The notes beneath the pieces are model-generated. The model did not search any database. It was given only the letters and a program-made list of their open reading frames with translations, and was not told the origin of the DNA. This document shows positions 1 through 12,042 of a stretch of 64,000 bases of DNA, piece by piece. The DNA lies in assembly GCA_038087875.1 (NCBI GenBank), contig CM075988.1:8744001-8808000 (forward strand), given 5' to 3'. Positions within the stretch are counted from its first letter, which is position 1. The number at the start of each line of letters is the position of its first letter. Source of the stretch: Malacoraja senta (lineage: Eukaryota). The translations under genes were made by a program, and so were the position numbers.

Positions 1-139
1 TTAAGTTCCCTCATGTGATGTGTCAAATTTTGTTTGAAAACATCAGGCCACATGAGATGATGAGGAGGAAGTGCCTAAACGTTTGTAGAAAGTGACTTGG
101 GGGCCTTCAGATCATTAATAGTGTAGTATAAGAGTCTTG

Positions 140-410
140 TTTTAGTATAGACATCATGATGCACCTTTATAAGACTGTGATTAGGCTGCATATTGAGTAT
201 AGCTTTAAGGTGAAGGGAAAAGTTTATAGGAAACGTGTGGGGTAAGTTTTATTTGGGTGGTGAGTGGCCTGGAACGTACTGCCAGGATGCTGGTTGATGC
301 AGATACAATAGTGGCATTTAAGAGACTTTTGGATTGGCACATGGATATGGAGGGAGATGGATTATGTGCAGGCCAATAAGAGTTGGTCTAGATATGTTCA
401 GCACAGACAC
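140..410 (+). mobile_element. Degraded 3' fragment of CR1 (HER1-like) LINE
   Basis: Motifs 'tagctttaaggtgaagggaaaag', 'gcatttaagagacttttggat..gcacatggatatg..ggattatgtgcagg' recur in the other CR1 3' fragments of this window (e.g. 31300-31470, 48040-48295). Confidence 0.7.
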
Positions 411-788
411 TGTTGATTCCGGATCTAATACTCTCTCCCTTGTCTGCTTCAGTAAAAACACTGAGTCGAACTCTGGAGACCAAACCCTTCTTTATTTGTA
501 TACAGCACTGCGGGCTGTCCTCGGATCCACTCACTCGAGCCCTCGGCAGCCTTTCGTAAACAGAACAGAAGGAAAGACAACTGACACACCCCAACGAAAC
601 GATCGCCCTTGTATACCCCTCAATGGTGGGAAAACTAACGCCGCAAAAGTACAGGGGGGGGGCAACCCCAACAAACCAATCACAGAGCCTATTCAGTGCA
701 CAGAAACAGAGTAAAACATATTAAGTGAGGTAACCCCTCTAGACCAATCACCAACATGGAACAAGCGTCAATGTATTGAAACATAACA
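411..788 (-). mobile_element. Candidate solo LTR (378 bp, TGTT...AACA termini)
   Basis: Starts TGTT at 411 and ends AACA at 788; flanks gacac/gaaac match 4 of 5 (possible 5-bp TSD); AATAAA on minus strand near 491-496; CpG-richer than flanks. Confidence 0.5.
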
Positions 789-1062
789 GAAACCTCTTTG
801 GGAACTCAGACTTGGTGGGTCACATGGGCAGAAGCTTCCTGGAGCTTCTTCAGAGGTCCAGACTTACTGACGACAGCTAGGTCACATGGGTCTCCAGCAC
901 CTTGCAATGTATTGTCACTATCAGTGAAGCCTAGTCTTTCACATACACCAGCCATTTCCCAAAGTACCCAAATTCCTGCATGTCCACAACACTGTGCCGA
1001 GGGGCCTTTTCACATGCTTAACTGTTCCATGCAAAAGTGGAAGGTAGAGAGGATGAGGTTTA

Positions 1063-1607
1063 AGGGCCTGTACCACTTAGGCAATTTTTTCGGCAACAGC
1101 CGAAAAATAGGCTGTCGCCACATGATCGCGGGGTGACGCCTGTATTGTCATGAGCGGTCTCCTCAAATGTCGTTACTTATTTCTTGTCACCGCTGGATTT
1201 TGAAATGTTCAAAACCTTTCGGTGACTGGGCTTGACGTTGCCTGTCTTCTGTCGTAGGTGCTGTCGTAGGTTGTCGCCAGGATGACGCCAGGTGATGTTG
1301 GTTGTCGCCGTGTCATGACCTCGGTGAATTACATTGGCGACAACCTAAGTCATCCGTATCTTCGTATATTGTCGCTGGTGGAGGTAGGTTGACTTTGGGT
1401 GTCGTAGGTGTGGTCGAAGGTTGTCTTAGGTGTGGTCGTCCCAAGTCGCGAGGAATTGTGTTGGTGGTTGATGTAGCTTGACATCGACTAGGTGGTAGCT
1501 TGTCATGGACATTGTCATGGGGTAGGTGCAAAAAGCGTCCGGCTTCACACCGCGACAGTGACTGTCGCCACAGTTGCTTAAAAAATCGCCTAAGTGGAAC
1601 AGGCCCT
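1063..1607. mobile_element. Non-autonomous PIF/Harbinger-type MITE, family A
   Basis: TIRs AGGGCCTGTACCACTTAGGCAATTTTT / AAAAATCGCCTAAGTGGAACAGGCCCT; TWA flanks (tta/taa); internal gtcgtaggt-type repeats; related to 51402-52169. Confidence 0.85.
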
Positions 1608-1610
1608 TAA

Positions 1611-3231
1611 AGGGCCTGTCCCACGGGCGGGCGATTTCATGCGGCAAGCGCGACCTAACAGGAAGCGGGGGCCGCCCGAGCGCGCGTTGGTTGCGGGGTC
1701 GGTCCCACGTAGATCGCCAGAGCCGTATGGAGTTAGTCCCGACACCGCGCGGGGCTCTGAAAAAGTGACACTGTCCAAAAATCTCGTGTGGCAACGGCCT
1801 GCTGACCCGCTGCCACATCAAGGCTGCGCGCACCGCCTCGACGCCGCGTGCACCGTCTCCGTGAACTCTGGAAGTGTTGTGATGGAAGGAACTGCAGATG
1901 CCCATTTACACCGAAGAAGTGAGAAGCAGATATATGTTATTGTGAAAACATCATCAAATATTCATGGGTTAAAGATAAGTAGTTAATGTATTTAATTAAA
2001 TATGTGCTTTGGGATCCAAGTATAAAATGCTGCTCGAATAATTCCTTGACACCTTTGGTAAACCATTTGCAGTTTAAAATACATCTTAATCACAAGAGTA
2101 TATTTATTAGACAATATTTAAAATGTCCCCTTATTTGGTCAAATGATGTTGGTGGTAAAGTGTGAATACCAAATCAATCCAAATTTTACAAATGATATTT
2201 GTTGTGTTGCTTGATCAGTAAGGTGCTTTGAATCTTCATTCATACTTATGACTCACATAAGAACGAAGTGTGTAAAAACATTACTTTCAGTTTTTAAACA
2301 GTAAATAGGTTTCACTTGCTGAAAAAAATTATATCATGAAGAAGGAAGAAGTAGAAAACGGAATTAAATGCCTCTTTTCATCCGTACGGCGTTGGCGAAA
2401 TGTTTCAGTTTATAATTGTTCATTTCGGCTCCATATATAATTACCTACTGCACATTTAAACCTTCAAGCTTACTGGTCCAGATCGTTCTAATTTATAATG
2501 ATAATGCATTCAGGACTCTCATGTTGTAAATTTCCCCAAAAGGAATATCAACGTTTCCTCCAGCTTACACAAAAGTAATTTTATTTCCATGAGTTTCAGC
2601 TGATTTTATACACTATTTTCCCTTGGCTAAGATGACACATACTTGCTTTGGAAAGCACCCTGATAGGTCTCCAAACTCCTTAATTTGGTACATTGAATTT
2701 GTTAACTTCATTGATGTTGATGATGAAAGATAGTACCACTCTCTTGTATAAGTCCCAGCCTGCCCAGCCTCTTCCTCTTGCCTTTGAACTCAGTAGTTGC
2801 TCAGCTATTTTGGAATTAATCTTATAGACACAAAAAGCTGTAGTAACTCAGCGGGTTAGACAGCATCTCTGGAGAAAATGAATAGGTGACATTTCGGGTC
2901 GAGACACCTTCTTCGGACTGAATTCTTCTGTAGTCTTCTATGGTCTGAGGAAGGGTCTCGACCCGAAACATCACCTACCCGCGTTCACCTACATAAAACC
3001 CAAAACATCACCTACCCGTGTTCACCTACATAAAAACCGCTCGAGCTTCCAACGGACTTTGCTCGAACTGGACGTCCGCTCACCCCCCGCTTCCAGTAAG
3101 GTCGCGCTCGCCGCATGGAAGCGCATGCCCGTGGGACAGGCCGTACGGTGATCACTCGGCCCCCGCGCGGCCCCCGCTTTCGGGGAGGTCGCGCTTGCCG
3201 CATGAAATCGCCCGCCCGTGGGACAGGCCCT
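1611..3231. mobile_element. Non-autonomous PIF/Harbinger-type element, family B, long copy with internal passenger sequence
   Basis: About 50-bp TIRs (AGGGCCTGTCCCACGGGCGGGCGATTTCATGCGGCAAGCGCGACCT...), flanks taa/tta; both arms collinear with the 712-bp copy at 50153-50864. Confidence 0.88.
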
Positions 3232-3774
3232 TTAGACAGTCAAATCCACAGCAATGTGCCAATGGAAATCGGAAAAATTAAACAAAGAATAACTGTTCCT
3301 TTACTTGGTTAGTGTTGCTGTTTAATAGCTACATTTTCTTGCATTTCCACAGACGCTGCTGGTGTGCAGACTCGAGCATCTGGGGAGTTAAACCTAGGCA
3401 GGCACATCCTGCTGATATCAACACAATGAGTAGAAGTTTAACAGTAATAATGCTACTTCTGAAAAATTTCCCTGCAGGCTGCTATTTCTTTGTGATAGAC
3501 AGGTGTTTGTTATATAGAAATTATTCATAGAGAAATAGATTTGCCTGAAAAGTCCTTGTATCACCTCATTTAGGTGGCACCTCATTTTAGTTTCAGGGCA
3601 AAGGACACATTATAACAATCCAAGTCCACCTTAATGTGACCCCACAGATTCCAGATCGATGGCGTTATAATGTCGAGCTGCCCTTAGCAATCGCTCATCA
3701 TATGGGCCCAATTAAATGTTATTATTCACCTCGTGCTCTCCAAAAACAATCAGTGTAGTACCAACTGAAAGGCG

Positions 3775-3925
3775 TGCTGGCTTGTAGGTTCATTGGCTTC
3801 TGTAAATTGCCCCCCAGGGGGTAGGATGCAAAAGTATGATAACATAGAACTAGTGTACAGGTGATTGATGGGTGGCATGGACTCAGTGGGCCAAAGGGCC
3901 TGTTTCCATGCTGTATCTCTGAACT
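3775..3925 (+). mobile_element. HE1-like V-SINE, 3' half
   Basis: 'tgtaggttcattggcttctgtaaattgccc...gggccaaagggcctgtttccatgctgtatctc' matches the 3' half of full copies. Confidence 0.8.
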
Positions 3926-4413
3926 ACATTTTAAAACTTGGGATCCCCCATACATTGGCATTGGTTAAAAATTATCATCTAAAGTGCAAAATATTGAGAA
4001 GAGATTTGAATCTTAATTCTTTAATTACCACAAGATTAAGTTGAACATTTGCAATCTTGTTGCATCATAGAATGCCGAAAGCACAAAGGTGACCATTCAG
4101 CCCATCATATCCTCACGGGTTCCCTGAGAGCAGCTTGCTCTTCCCTCTGGCTCCTCCATAGCCTTGCCGCACAGTTCTACAATTTCCTCCTGAAGGTTGC
4201 AATAAAACCTGTTCTATCACATCTGCAAGCAGAGTTCCAGAATCCGCCACATGCTATGTAAATCTTTTTCCTCATGTCGCTGTTAATTCTCTTCCCTTTT
4301 ATGCTTGTGACCTCTAGTCTTTGACCTGGCCATTAATGAGAACAACCTGAACTATTATATTTTTCTATCAGATCCCCAATGTTTTGCCACCCCCAGCTAC
4401 CTCAAAAAGCATA

Positions 4414-4613
4414 NNNNNNNNNNNNNNNNNNNNNNNNNNNNNNNNNNNNNNNNNNNNNNNNNNNNNNNNNNNNNNNNNNNNNNNNNNNNNNNNNNNNNNN
4501 NNNNNNNNNNNNNNNNNNNNNNNNNNNNNNNNNNNNNNNNNNNNNNNNNNNNNNNNNNNNNNNNNNNNNNNNNNNNNNNNNNNNNNNNNNNNNNNNNNNN
4601 NNNNNNNNNNNNN
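4414..4613. other. Assembly gap (200 N)
   Basis: Run of n characters. Confidence 1.
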
Positions 4614-4910
4614 TATCCATCCTTTCCGGGGGAGTCCAGAACCAGGGGTCACAGTTTAAGAATAAGGGGTAGGCCATTTAGGACTGGGATGAGGAAAAAC
4701 ATTTTCACCCAGGGAGTTGTGAGTCTGTGGAATTCTCTGCCACTGGAGGCAGTAGAGGCCAATTCACTGGATGTTTTCAAGAGAGAGTTAGATTTAGCTC
4801 TTGGGGCTAGCGAAATCAAGGGATATGGGGAAAAAGCAGGAACGGCATACTAATTTTAGATTATTAGCTAATGATGGCCTACTTCTGCACCTATTTATCT
4901 ATGTTCTATG
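4614..4910 (+). mobile_element. CR1 LINE 3' end fragment
   Basis: Encodes ...GESRTRGHSLRIRGRPFRTGMRKNIFTQGVVSLWNSLP, the typical CR1 ORF2 C-terminus, followed by a 3' tail ending 'tatgttctatg'. Confidence 0.85.
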
Positions 4911-6796
4911 TTTCCAATCTATCCACACAACCAGCTCATTATCCAAAGAACCATTCTTGAATGTCTCCTTTGGACCCACTCTGTACCTCACCAAACTTCC
5001 TGCAATGAGGTGTCCAGAATTGAACACTGTACTGCAGTGAAGGCTGGACTAGTGTTTATAAAGGTTCATCACCCCTTTCCTTTCCTTTTATCCTCAATGC
5101 CTCGTGATAAAGCCATGTACGTGTGTGTTGTTAACATTTTCTCAACCTACCCAGCCAACGTAAATGATTTATGCATCCTTATCCCCGGTGCCTCTTCCTG
5201 CACCCTTGCAGAACAGTATTCTTTATTTGAAATGACCTCTCCTCGTTCTTCCTATCAAAATGCATCACCTCATATTTCTCCACATTAAACTTCATCTGCC
5301 ACACATTTGCCCAATGCACCAGTCTTGTGTTCTGTGGGAAATTTTCATGATACTGCCAAGTTTTGGCCATCCTCACAATGTTATTTTTCAAGCCAAATTA
5401 TTAAGGCAAGCCCAGGGCATCACTGGGGACTATCTTTTTTTTATGCATCTTTGAGGCATTTCTATAGGAGTTAGGGGAATGACCTATGAAAATAAATCTA
5501 GTAGCTTGAGCTGTAACTTGATGCAAAGCCACAAGAGGGCAGCATTGAACCAGTATGCATAACCTTGGGACCCAGTCCATGGTGAATTGACCACTGATTT
5601 ACACAAGGTCACTTCAACCTAATTTTTTTTGTGTTTTGGCACTCTACTGGAGAAGACAATGGAATGATGTATGGAGAAGGGTTGGAATTGGGCCCATTTT
5701 AATGCTCGAGAAGATTGAAAAAGAGTTTCTGAGATTCCCTTTCACTAATTGGCCCCATTTGTTTATTAAATTGTATCATCAATCCCCTCCCCAGGGAATT
5801 GTATGGCTTTCAGGTAGAAGGTGTGTGTGTGTGTGTGGTGCTGAGTGCATTGTGATTTAAGACAGATGGATCAGTCAACCTTTCATATTGGTTCACAGAA
5901 TAGAAATGGGTCCTTTGTCTGAGTCCACGATGACTATCAAACACCCATTGATAAAAATTCCAAACCACTCCCATTTTATTTCCTTCCCACATTCCCCTAA
6001 TGCGAGGCTGAGGGATCAATGGGATGGTGCAACTCAGCATGGGCAGCAGAACAATAGGCTACCTTTACAGAGTTGGACTGAGGAAGTCCGGTGGTGGGAA
6101 TACTGGAATTAACAAGGGCATGGGTGTGGGTTTCAGCAACAGATAGGCAAGGTCATCAACTGATTCGGGCAGTCACAGAGGTGGCGGGAAGTTGTTCAGG
6201 TGAAAACATTATCTGACAATCTGAAATTCACTTGGAAGTAAAATGTGACAGCAGGGATAGGAAGAGTTGTCAATAGGGTGATTATATTGATGATTGGGGA
6301 GTTTGTCACACTGAAGACCAGGGCATTGATTTTCCAATATTTTACTGGATGCCCGGAAACCATAAATGGACTGAAGGATACAATACGTGGACACTGACAT
6401 AATGTAAACTTTTGTTGCCAATGGGCATTTGCAGTGAGATCCAGGTAAACCCTGAGGACACTGAAGGGATGGGAAGAGAAGCCATTGCTGGTGATCCATG
6501 GCAACTATTAGATGGGGGAAGAATGATACTCCCTGCTGGTGAAGGTGGTGGAGCACTGGAGAATGGCCATGTAGACAACAGTGGGAAGTGGGTGGGGGTG
6601 GGGAGGGGGTGCCAGGGGTGGCAGTAGACGGCTCGCAAGGAAGGGCACTGTCACACCCACAGCACAGGATGTTGTTTTTTAGTGATTGCAATGGGCTGTT
6701 TTGGCATTACTACAGGCATTAAACAAATAAAAAATAAAAAAAATCTTTGATACTTGAATGTTCTGTCTCACACATGAGCTCCTCGTTGCCAAAGGA

Positions 6797-6995
6797 TAGA
6801 TACAAAAAGCTGGAGTAACTCAGCGGGTCAGACAGCATCTCTGGAGAAAAGGAATAGGTGACATTTCGGGTCGAGACCCCTCGTGGTCCCAACCCGAAAC
6901 ATCACCTATTTCTATTCTCCAGGGATGCTGTGTGACCTGCTGAGTTACTCCAGATTTTTGTGTGTACCTTCAGTTTAAGCCAGTTCCTTCCATAA
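6797..6995. mobile_element. Penelope-derived fold-back (hairpin) element
   Basis: Inverted arms 'gctggagtaactcagcgggtcagacagcatctctggagaaaaggaataggtgacatttcggg' / 'cccgaaacatcacctatt...gctgagttactccag'. Confidence 0.85.
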
Positions 6996-7979
6996 CATTG
7001 CCACAACACCCACTTCATCTCTTCCTGGGTCTGCTTCATTTACAGCCATTCTGGTTTCCTCTCTGGCTTCAGTCGATTCCCTTCAGAGTTATGGGTGGAC
7101 TAATCGTTCCACCACTGCTACATCAATGGTGTACAAATTGAAAATAGGTGATTAACAATAGTAATCAATCAACAAACATTTAGGTGGAAATGATCAATCT
7201 GCTCCATAATTACCTCCCTGAAGCCTCTCCTTGGCCTTGAAGCTGCTTTGCCTTCACACCTAGCCCTCTGCCATCTTTCTGTGGCTTGGAATCATTTAGC
7301 GTAAATAGAATTAATAAAATTATCGAAGACAGATGGGAGTTGATGAGAATGAAGTAAATAGAGGATGGGGAAAAATCAGCTGTGAACCAGCTTGATTGGG
7401 CTAAAATTGCCACCCTCTGTTGTAAGGATGCAATATACGCAAGCAAGTGGCCTGATTTAACAGAGTTTCAATGGAGCAAAAGCAGATTTCTTTGCAACTT
7501 CAGTACTTCCAAAATATGCTTTTTATTTGCTAAATTATTTCATTTATGCTAAACATCTATGATTGTGTTTCTTATTGATTTGCTGTAAATCTATCAATTT
7601 GAAAGATATTTTTAAGCTGAAGTCACAAATTAATTTTCTGCATACTTGACAAATCCTAAATCCACACACTGAAAAAGATCTGTGTACTACATGCCTGTAT
7701 AACCTAATCTGGATTTAGGAATTTTCTTACGGTACAACAATAATGTTATTTAATGCCGGGAAAGCATTTTGGATGTCCTTAAACCATGCACATTATCATA
7801 CAGTTTCAAACATGTTCTTATTCCATAAGGCAAGTTAATACCCAATAAACCATTTTTTTCATGTGAAACCTCCTCAAATTGAATTTTACCGGCAGAGACC
7901 AAAAGGAAATGTTTTTGAAAGTTAAAAAATAATCAGATCAAGGACATTTATAAAAAAATTCAATATGCCATTTTAAGGA

Positions 7980-8178
7980 GACACTAGAAACTGCAGATGC
8001 TGGAATCTTGAGCAAAACACAACATGCTGGAGGAACTCTGCGGGTCAGGCAGCATCTGGGAAGGGAATGGAGAAGCAAAGTTTCGGGCCAGGACCCTTGT
8101 TCAGACTAGAAACGTCGCCTGTCCATTCCCTCCCCACATTTCCTGACCTGCTGAATTCCTCAAGCACTTTGTGTTTTG
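7980..8178. mobile_element. Penelope-derived fold-back element
   Basis: Same inverted arm motif, diverged subfamily. Confidence 0.75.
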
Positions 8179-8477
8179 GCACATTAAGGTTAATGTTCGT
8201 GGTTTAAATTCAGATGGAGAACAGCCACTTTAAAACTCCTTTAGATTTTTATCGTAAAACCATGTTAACATTAATTTAATGGGAATTTGTAACTTTGAGC
8301 ACCTATTATGGGCGACTATTTGCACACCTTGTAAAATCAAAGAATTTCACTGACTTGTCACATTTGACAATAAAGTATTCAATTCAATTCAATAATTGTA
8401 AATGTGCGACTTTTAAAATACAACGAATCATAACAGGATTCCATTATTGGTGCATATGACAATTAAGAACCCTTGAT

Positions 8478-8680
8478 TGACACAAAACGCTGCAGTAACT
8501 TAACGGGTCAGACAGCATCTCTGGCGAGAAGGAATGGGCGACGTTTCAGGTCAGAAGAAGGTCTTGACCTGAAACATCACCTATTCCTTTTTTCCAGAGA
8601 TACTGTCTGACCCGCTGAGTTACTCAAGCTTTTTGTGTCTGTCCGGTTAAAACCAGCATCTGCAGTTCCTTCCTAAACAC
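8478..8680. mobile_element. Penelope-derived fold-back element
   Basis: Inverted arms; right arm ends 'aaaccagcatctgcagttccttcc'. Confidence 0.8.
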
Positions 8681-9139
8681 TCTGGATTCTTGGCTTTGGT
8701 AAACAAATGCATACAAACTGCAGATATAAGCTGCATTCAGGTTGCTTCTTGTATTGGATGAGAAACTAATTTCTCTTTAGTTTGGCTACCGAGCAACGGT
8801 TTCAGCTGGTAATTTAAGCCTGAGTTACCATCTGTTAAGGTGTTTCCATCCATGGAGCTCTGTTTTAGTTGTAACTAGATCATCAATGGATTATATATCT
8901 TGAGTGTTACTGCTCTTAAAAAGGATGGATAAAAACAAGGAATTTATTTGCATATAATTACTGTTTTAATATGTAGTATGAGCTTGCACATAGGAAACTC
9001 CCACAAGTAGTAATTACAGTGATGAATGCATTTTGAGTTTCAGATATTGGTTGGACAATTTGCAATAGGTAGGTAAACCCACCTCCCACCACCCATCCAC
9101 ATTACTGTTCATTAAATAATGCCGTAGTCATGTGAGTGG

Positions 9140-9950
9140 CCAGAAAAGGTTAAACATTTTTGTTCCATCCAATGTTGGTGCTTCCAACAGAGTAACATCC
9201 CTCGGAGCTCCACGGAACACCTTGAACCATTTCCTCTGTCCTCAGGATAACCTGAAACAGTGAAAACACGTGGAATAAAATGTCTGTTTTGGCATAGCTT
9301 CTGGCATAAAAATGATGTGCCTGTGGTAGGATCCCACCTGAATGTAGGTAGGGTTCCAGTGCTGGGAATTTTGTACTGGGAAAGAATGTTGCCATTGGAT
9401 TGCTTGCCTGCTGGGAGGTATGGAGGATTTTACAGTTGTCATCTCTCCAGTGTTTTGAGGGGCCTTCTGTGTGTACGACTCCGAAGTATACAGGAGGGCA
9501 GGGACCGCTGAAACCTACGAGAAGATGGGTCTTACATTAAATCTTGACAAAATAAAGATCATCTGTCAGCATGCCCCACTGTCGTTCATGAGCTTTGTGG
9601 CCAGTTTGAGGTCTTGATCTTCAAACACTTTCCTCACATGACCAAAATCTGCGCTATCGGACTGAAAGTGATAAATATCTTCATCAATGTTTGCCTTCAA
9701 TGAGAGGTGGCTTCTGAAAAATAGGTCAATATTTTTGACGATCTTGTCTAACTCAATTACTGCCAGTCGGCAGTGTTGGTCAGTGGGGCAGGACATTCAT
9801 TTCAAGGGTAATGAAAACCTTCATTTCTGCTCCTGAACAAGCTGACCATGATTGCGACTTGGCCTCCCAACAAGCTTGATCGCTCCTCTGCAACTTCATG
9901 ACTGAAGGTACAAGTATCACCACCAATTTGATCCAGTCCAATCACTTTGA
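9140..9950 (-). mobile_element. Degraded RTE-clade LINE, C-terminal ORF fragment
   Basis: Minus-strand peptides SHLSLKANIDEDIYH..SADFGHVRKVFEDQDLK, AVPALLYTSES and HIIFMPEAMPKQTFYS..GQRKWFK resemble the post-RT region of RTE ORFs; frameshifted. Confidence 0.75.
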
Positions 9951-9954
9951 CACT

Positions 9955-10300
9955 GCGGCCAAGAAAGTAGAACATACACTCTATTTCTCCAGAAGGCTAT
10001 GTAAATTCGGAATGTCTCCAGTAACTTTTACAAATTTCTATAAAGCACCATAGAAAGCATTCTACCTTAATGCATCACAGCTTGATATATCAACTGCTAG
10101 GAAATTGCAGAGTTGCGTATGCAGTCCAGTCCATCCAACAACCCATCTACACTTCAGCCTGTCAATAAACAGTCAACATAATCAATGACCAGTCAAACTC
10201 TCTTCTCCCCTCTTCCATTGGACTAAAGATGTCAAAGCAGGAAAGCTCATCACCTGATGCAAGAACAGTTTTTTTTCCCAGTTATCAGAATATTGAACAA
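9955..10300 (+). mobile_element. Degraded Rex1/Babar LINE 3' fragment
   Basis: AKKVEHTLYFSRRLCKFGMSPVTFTNFY.. is homologous to the better preserved copy at 29321-29717. Confidence 0.75.
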
Positions 10301-10399
10301 GGCTGAATTTCCCAAACTTCCAATCCATCTCAAAGACATCCATGCACATTTTAGGTATTTCAGAAGCCTGCTCTGAGCTATCACTATTTCACAGTTATA

Positions 10400-10940
10400 A
10401 TCCTTAATTATGGCCTGATAACGGTGAAAAAATAATACTTAAATTTTGGAAACATACATCAGTCCCTACTCTTAAGATGTGGATTATAAACATGTCCGAG
10501 ACTCTACATCTTGAAATATTAGGCTTGTCTTGGCAGAAAAACCAGATCATTTTTCGAAGACATGGACACCATTCATTGATTTATTACAAGGATAGCATGG
10601 CACAACACAACTTTGGATTTAAATCTAATTACAGGTTGGGTGAGGTGGGTGGGGAGGGATGTGAGGCAGGTATATCACCACTTTTATCCTCTCTTATTCT
10701 TTTTGTCCTTTTTTTTTCTATTTCTCTCTTCTTTCTTTCATTTATTCACTCTTTGGCTACACTACTTTGGTAGTCTCGGGGTTCTATCTTTGCACATCTC
10801 ACTTGTTCTCTTTCTTGCTTTTTCTCCTTTATTTCTTCCAACTAAAGCTAAAAAGTTAAAATTGAAGCTGTACAATAACTGTATAATTGTATATGCCGTT
10901 GGTTCTGTTTTTGTACATTTGCTTCTAATAAATTAAAAAA
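10400..10940 (+). mobile_element. L1-clade LINE 3' end (ORF2 C-terminus, 3' UTR, polyA signal)
   Basis: Frameshifted peptide KKIILKFWKHTSVPTLKMWIINMSETLHLE..FSKTWTPFIDLL* resembles the fish L1 ORF2 C-terminus; T-rich UTR ending 'aataaattaaaaaa'. Confidence 0.7.
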
Positions 10941-11117
10941 TATATTTAATCTGTACTTTTGCTATTGTAATACTATATTTTGCACCCCATTTATTTTCTC
11001 CATTGAACTGCTTGATCTCCTCATGTACGGTATGATGTCTCTGGGCAGCACGCAAAGCAAATATTTTTTCACAGTATCTCGATACACGTGCAAAAATAAA
11101 ACTATATTATTGGAACG

Positions 11118-11420
11118 ACTCAAAGAACTGCGGATGCTGGAATCTTGAGAAAAACATAAATTGCTGGAGGAACTCATCAGGGCAGGCAGCATCTCTGGAG
11201 GGAATGAATGGGCAACCTTTTGGGTCTGAAGAAAGGTCTCCACCAGAAAGTCGCATGTCCATTCCCTCCTCAGATGCTGCCCGACCAATTGAGTTCCTCC
11301 ATCAGTCTGAAGAAGGGTTTCGGCTGGAAACGTTGCCTATTTCCTTCGCTCCATAGATGCTGCTGCACCTGCTGAGTTTCTCCAGCATTTTTGTCTACCT
11401 TCCTTTAGCACTATGTGTTT
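11118..11420. mobile_element. Penelope-derived fold-back element plus an extra tandem right arm
   Basis: Left arm about 11120-11225, right arms starting 'gtctgaagaaaggtc' (11224) and 'cagtctgaagaagggtttcgg' (11303). Confidence 0.75.
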
Positions 11421-11559
11421 TGGCTGTTTGTGGGGTTGTTTAGCTGCATGGGGAACTTTATCTAAAAGACAGGTCACAGCACCACGCAAACACAAGTCTT
11501 TGTAAAGTTAACCACGGATAGGGGGGCAAATTCCCTCCAGTTATTTTGAATTTGTAGAT

Positions 11560-11932
11560 GACGTGTTGCAGGTGCACAAGGAGGGGTAGACTGAACCCAC
11601 TGCACTGACCAATGCGTTGCCCCGTGTGGCGATTGTCAAGTGTTCTGGACTTGGGCGGCGCATAGTCCAGCAGGTAGAGATTTGATTGACCGTCTGCTGC
11701 CGGGGATCAGAGAGCGTTGCCATTGCTCCGGGCCACCCGAGGCAGAGTTGATGTTCTGTATTCTTGCTCGCAGCCTTCAGTGGCCAGTGTGGTTTAATCG
11801 CAACAGCGCAGTTACTCGAGGTCCTACAAGCTGGGCTCTTTGCAAGATTTTTTTCTCTCCAAGCGATTACCTTGCGGGAAACTGCGCCTTTCTTCTCCTG
11901 AGCCATTAGGATATTAGATCGGAAGAATCCCC
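11560..11932 (+). promoter_or_regulatory. Probable promoter / 5' UTR of a host gene
   Basis: Unique, CpG-enriched stretch with CCAAT (11609-11613) and GGGCGG (11653-11658) directly upstream of the candidate first exon. Confidence 0.45.
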
Positions 11933-11987
11933 ATGGATGCAATGAAATTAACACTCTGGTTCCTGGTGGCTGTAGCTGTAAACGACG
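11933..11987 (+). CDS. Probable first coding exon (55 nt) encoding a signal peptide MDAMKLTLWFLVAVAVND(+1 nt); secreted or membrane protein, gene unidentified
   Basis: ccATGG start with an in-frame TAG at 11915-11917; basic residue then hydrophobic core; phase-1 donor ACG|GTAAGA at 11988; non-repetitive CpG-rich context. Confidence 0.6.
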
Positions 11988-12042
11988 GTAAGAATTTAGT
12001 TTTAATTTCATTACCAGCGGAACGGAATTTACTTTATTCATA

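Noticed and set aside
334..714. 126-aa ORF
   Set aside because: Spans a CR1 tail and LTR-candidate junction; chance open frame.
1240..1520. Repeated gtcgtaggt/gttgtcgcc motifs suggesting an array
   Set aside because: Irregular, degenerate internal repeats of a MITE in a vertebrate genome; no constant repeat-spacer period, not CRISPR.
4368..4677. Four ORFs of 91-97 aa
   Set aside because: Artefacts of translating through the 200-N gap.
6180..6680. Possible old LINE endonuclease-region fragment on the minus strand
   Set aside because: Too degraded to assign a family or boundaries by eye.
11933..11947. MDAMK matches the start of the human tPA (PLAT) signal peptide
   Set aside because: Only five residues match, the rest differs and no downstream PLAT exons are visible; treated as coincidence, so no gene symbol was assigned.
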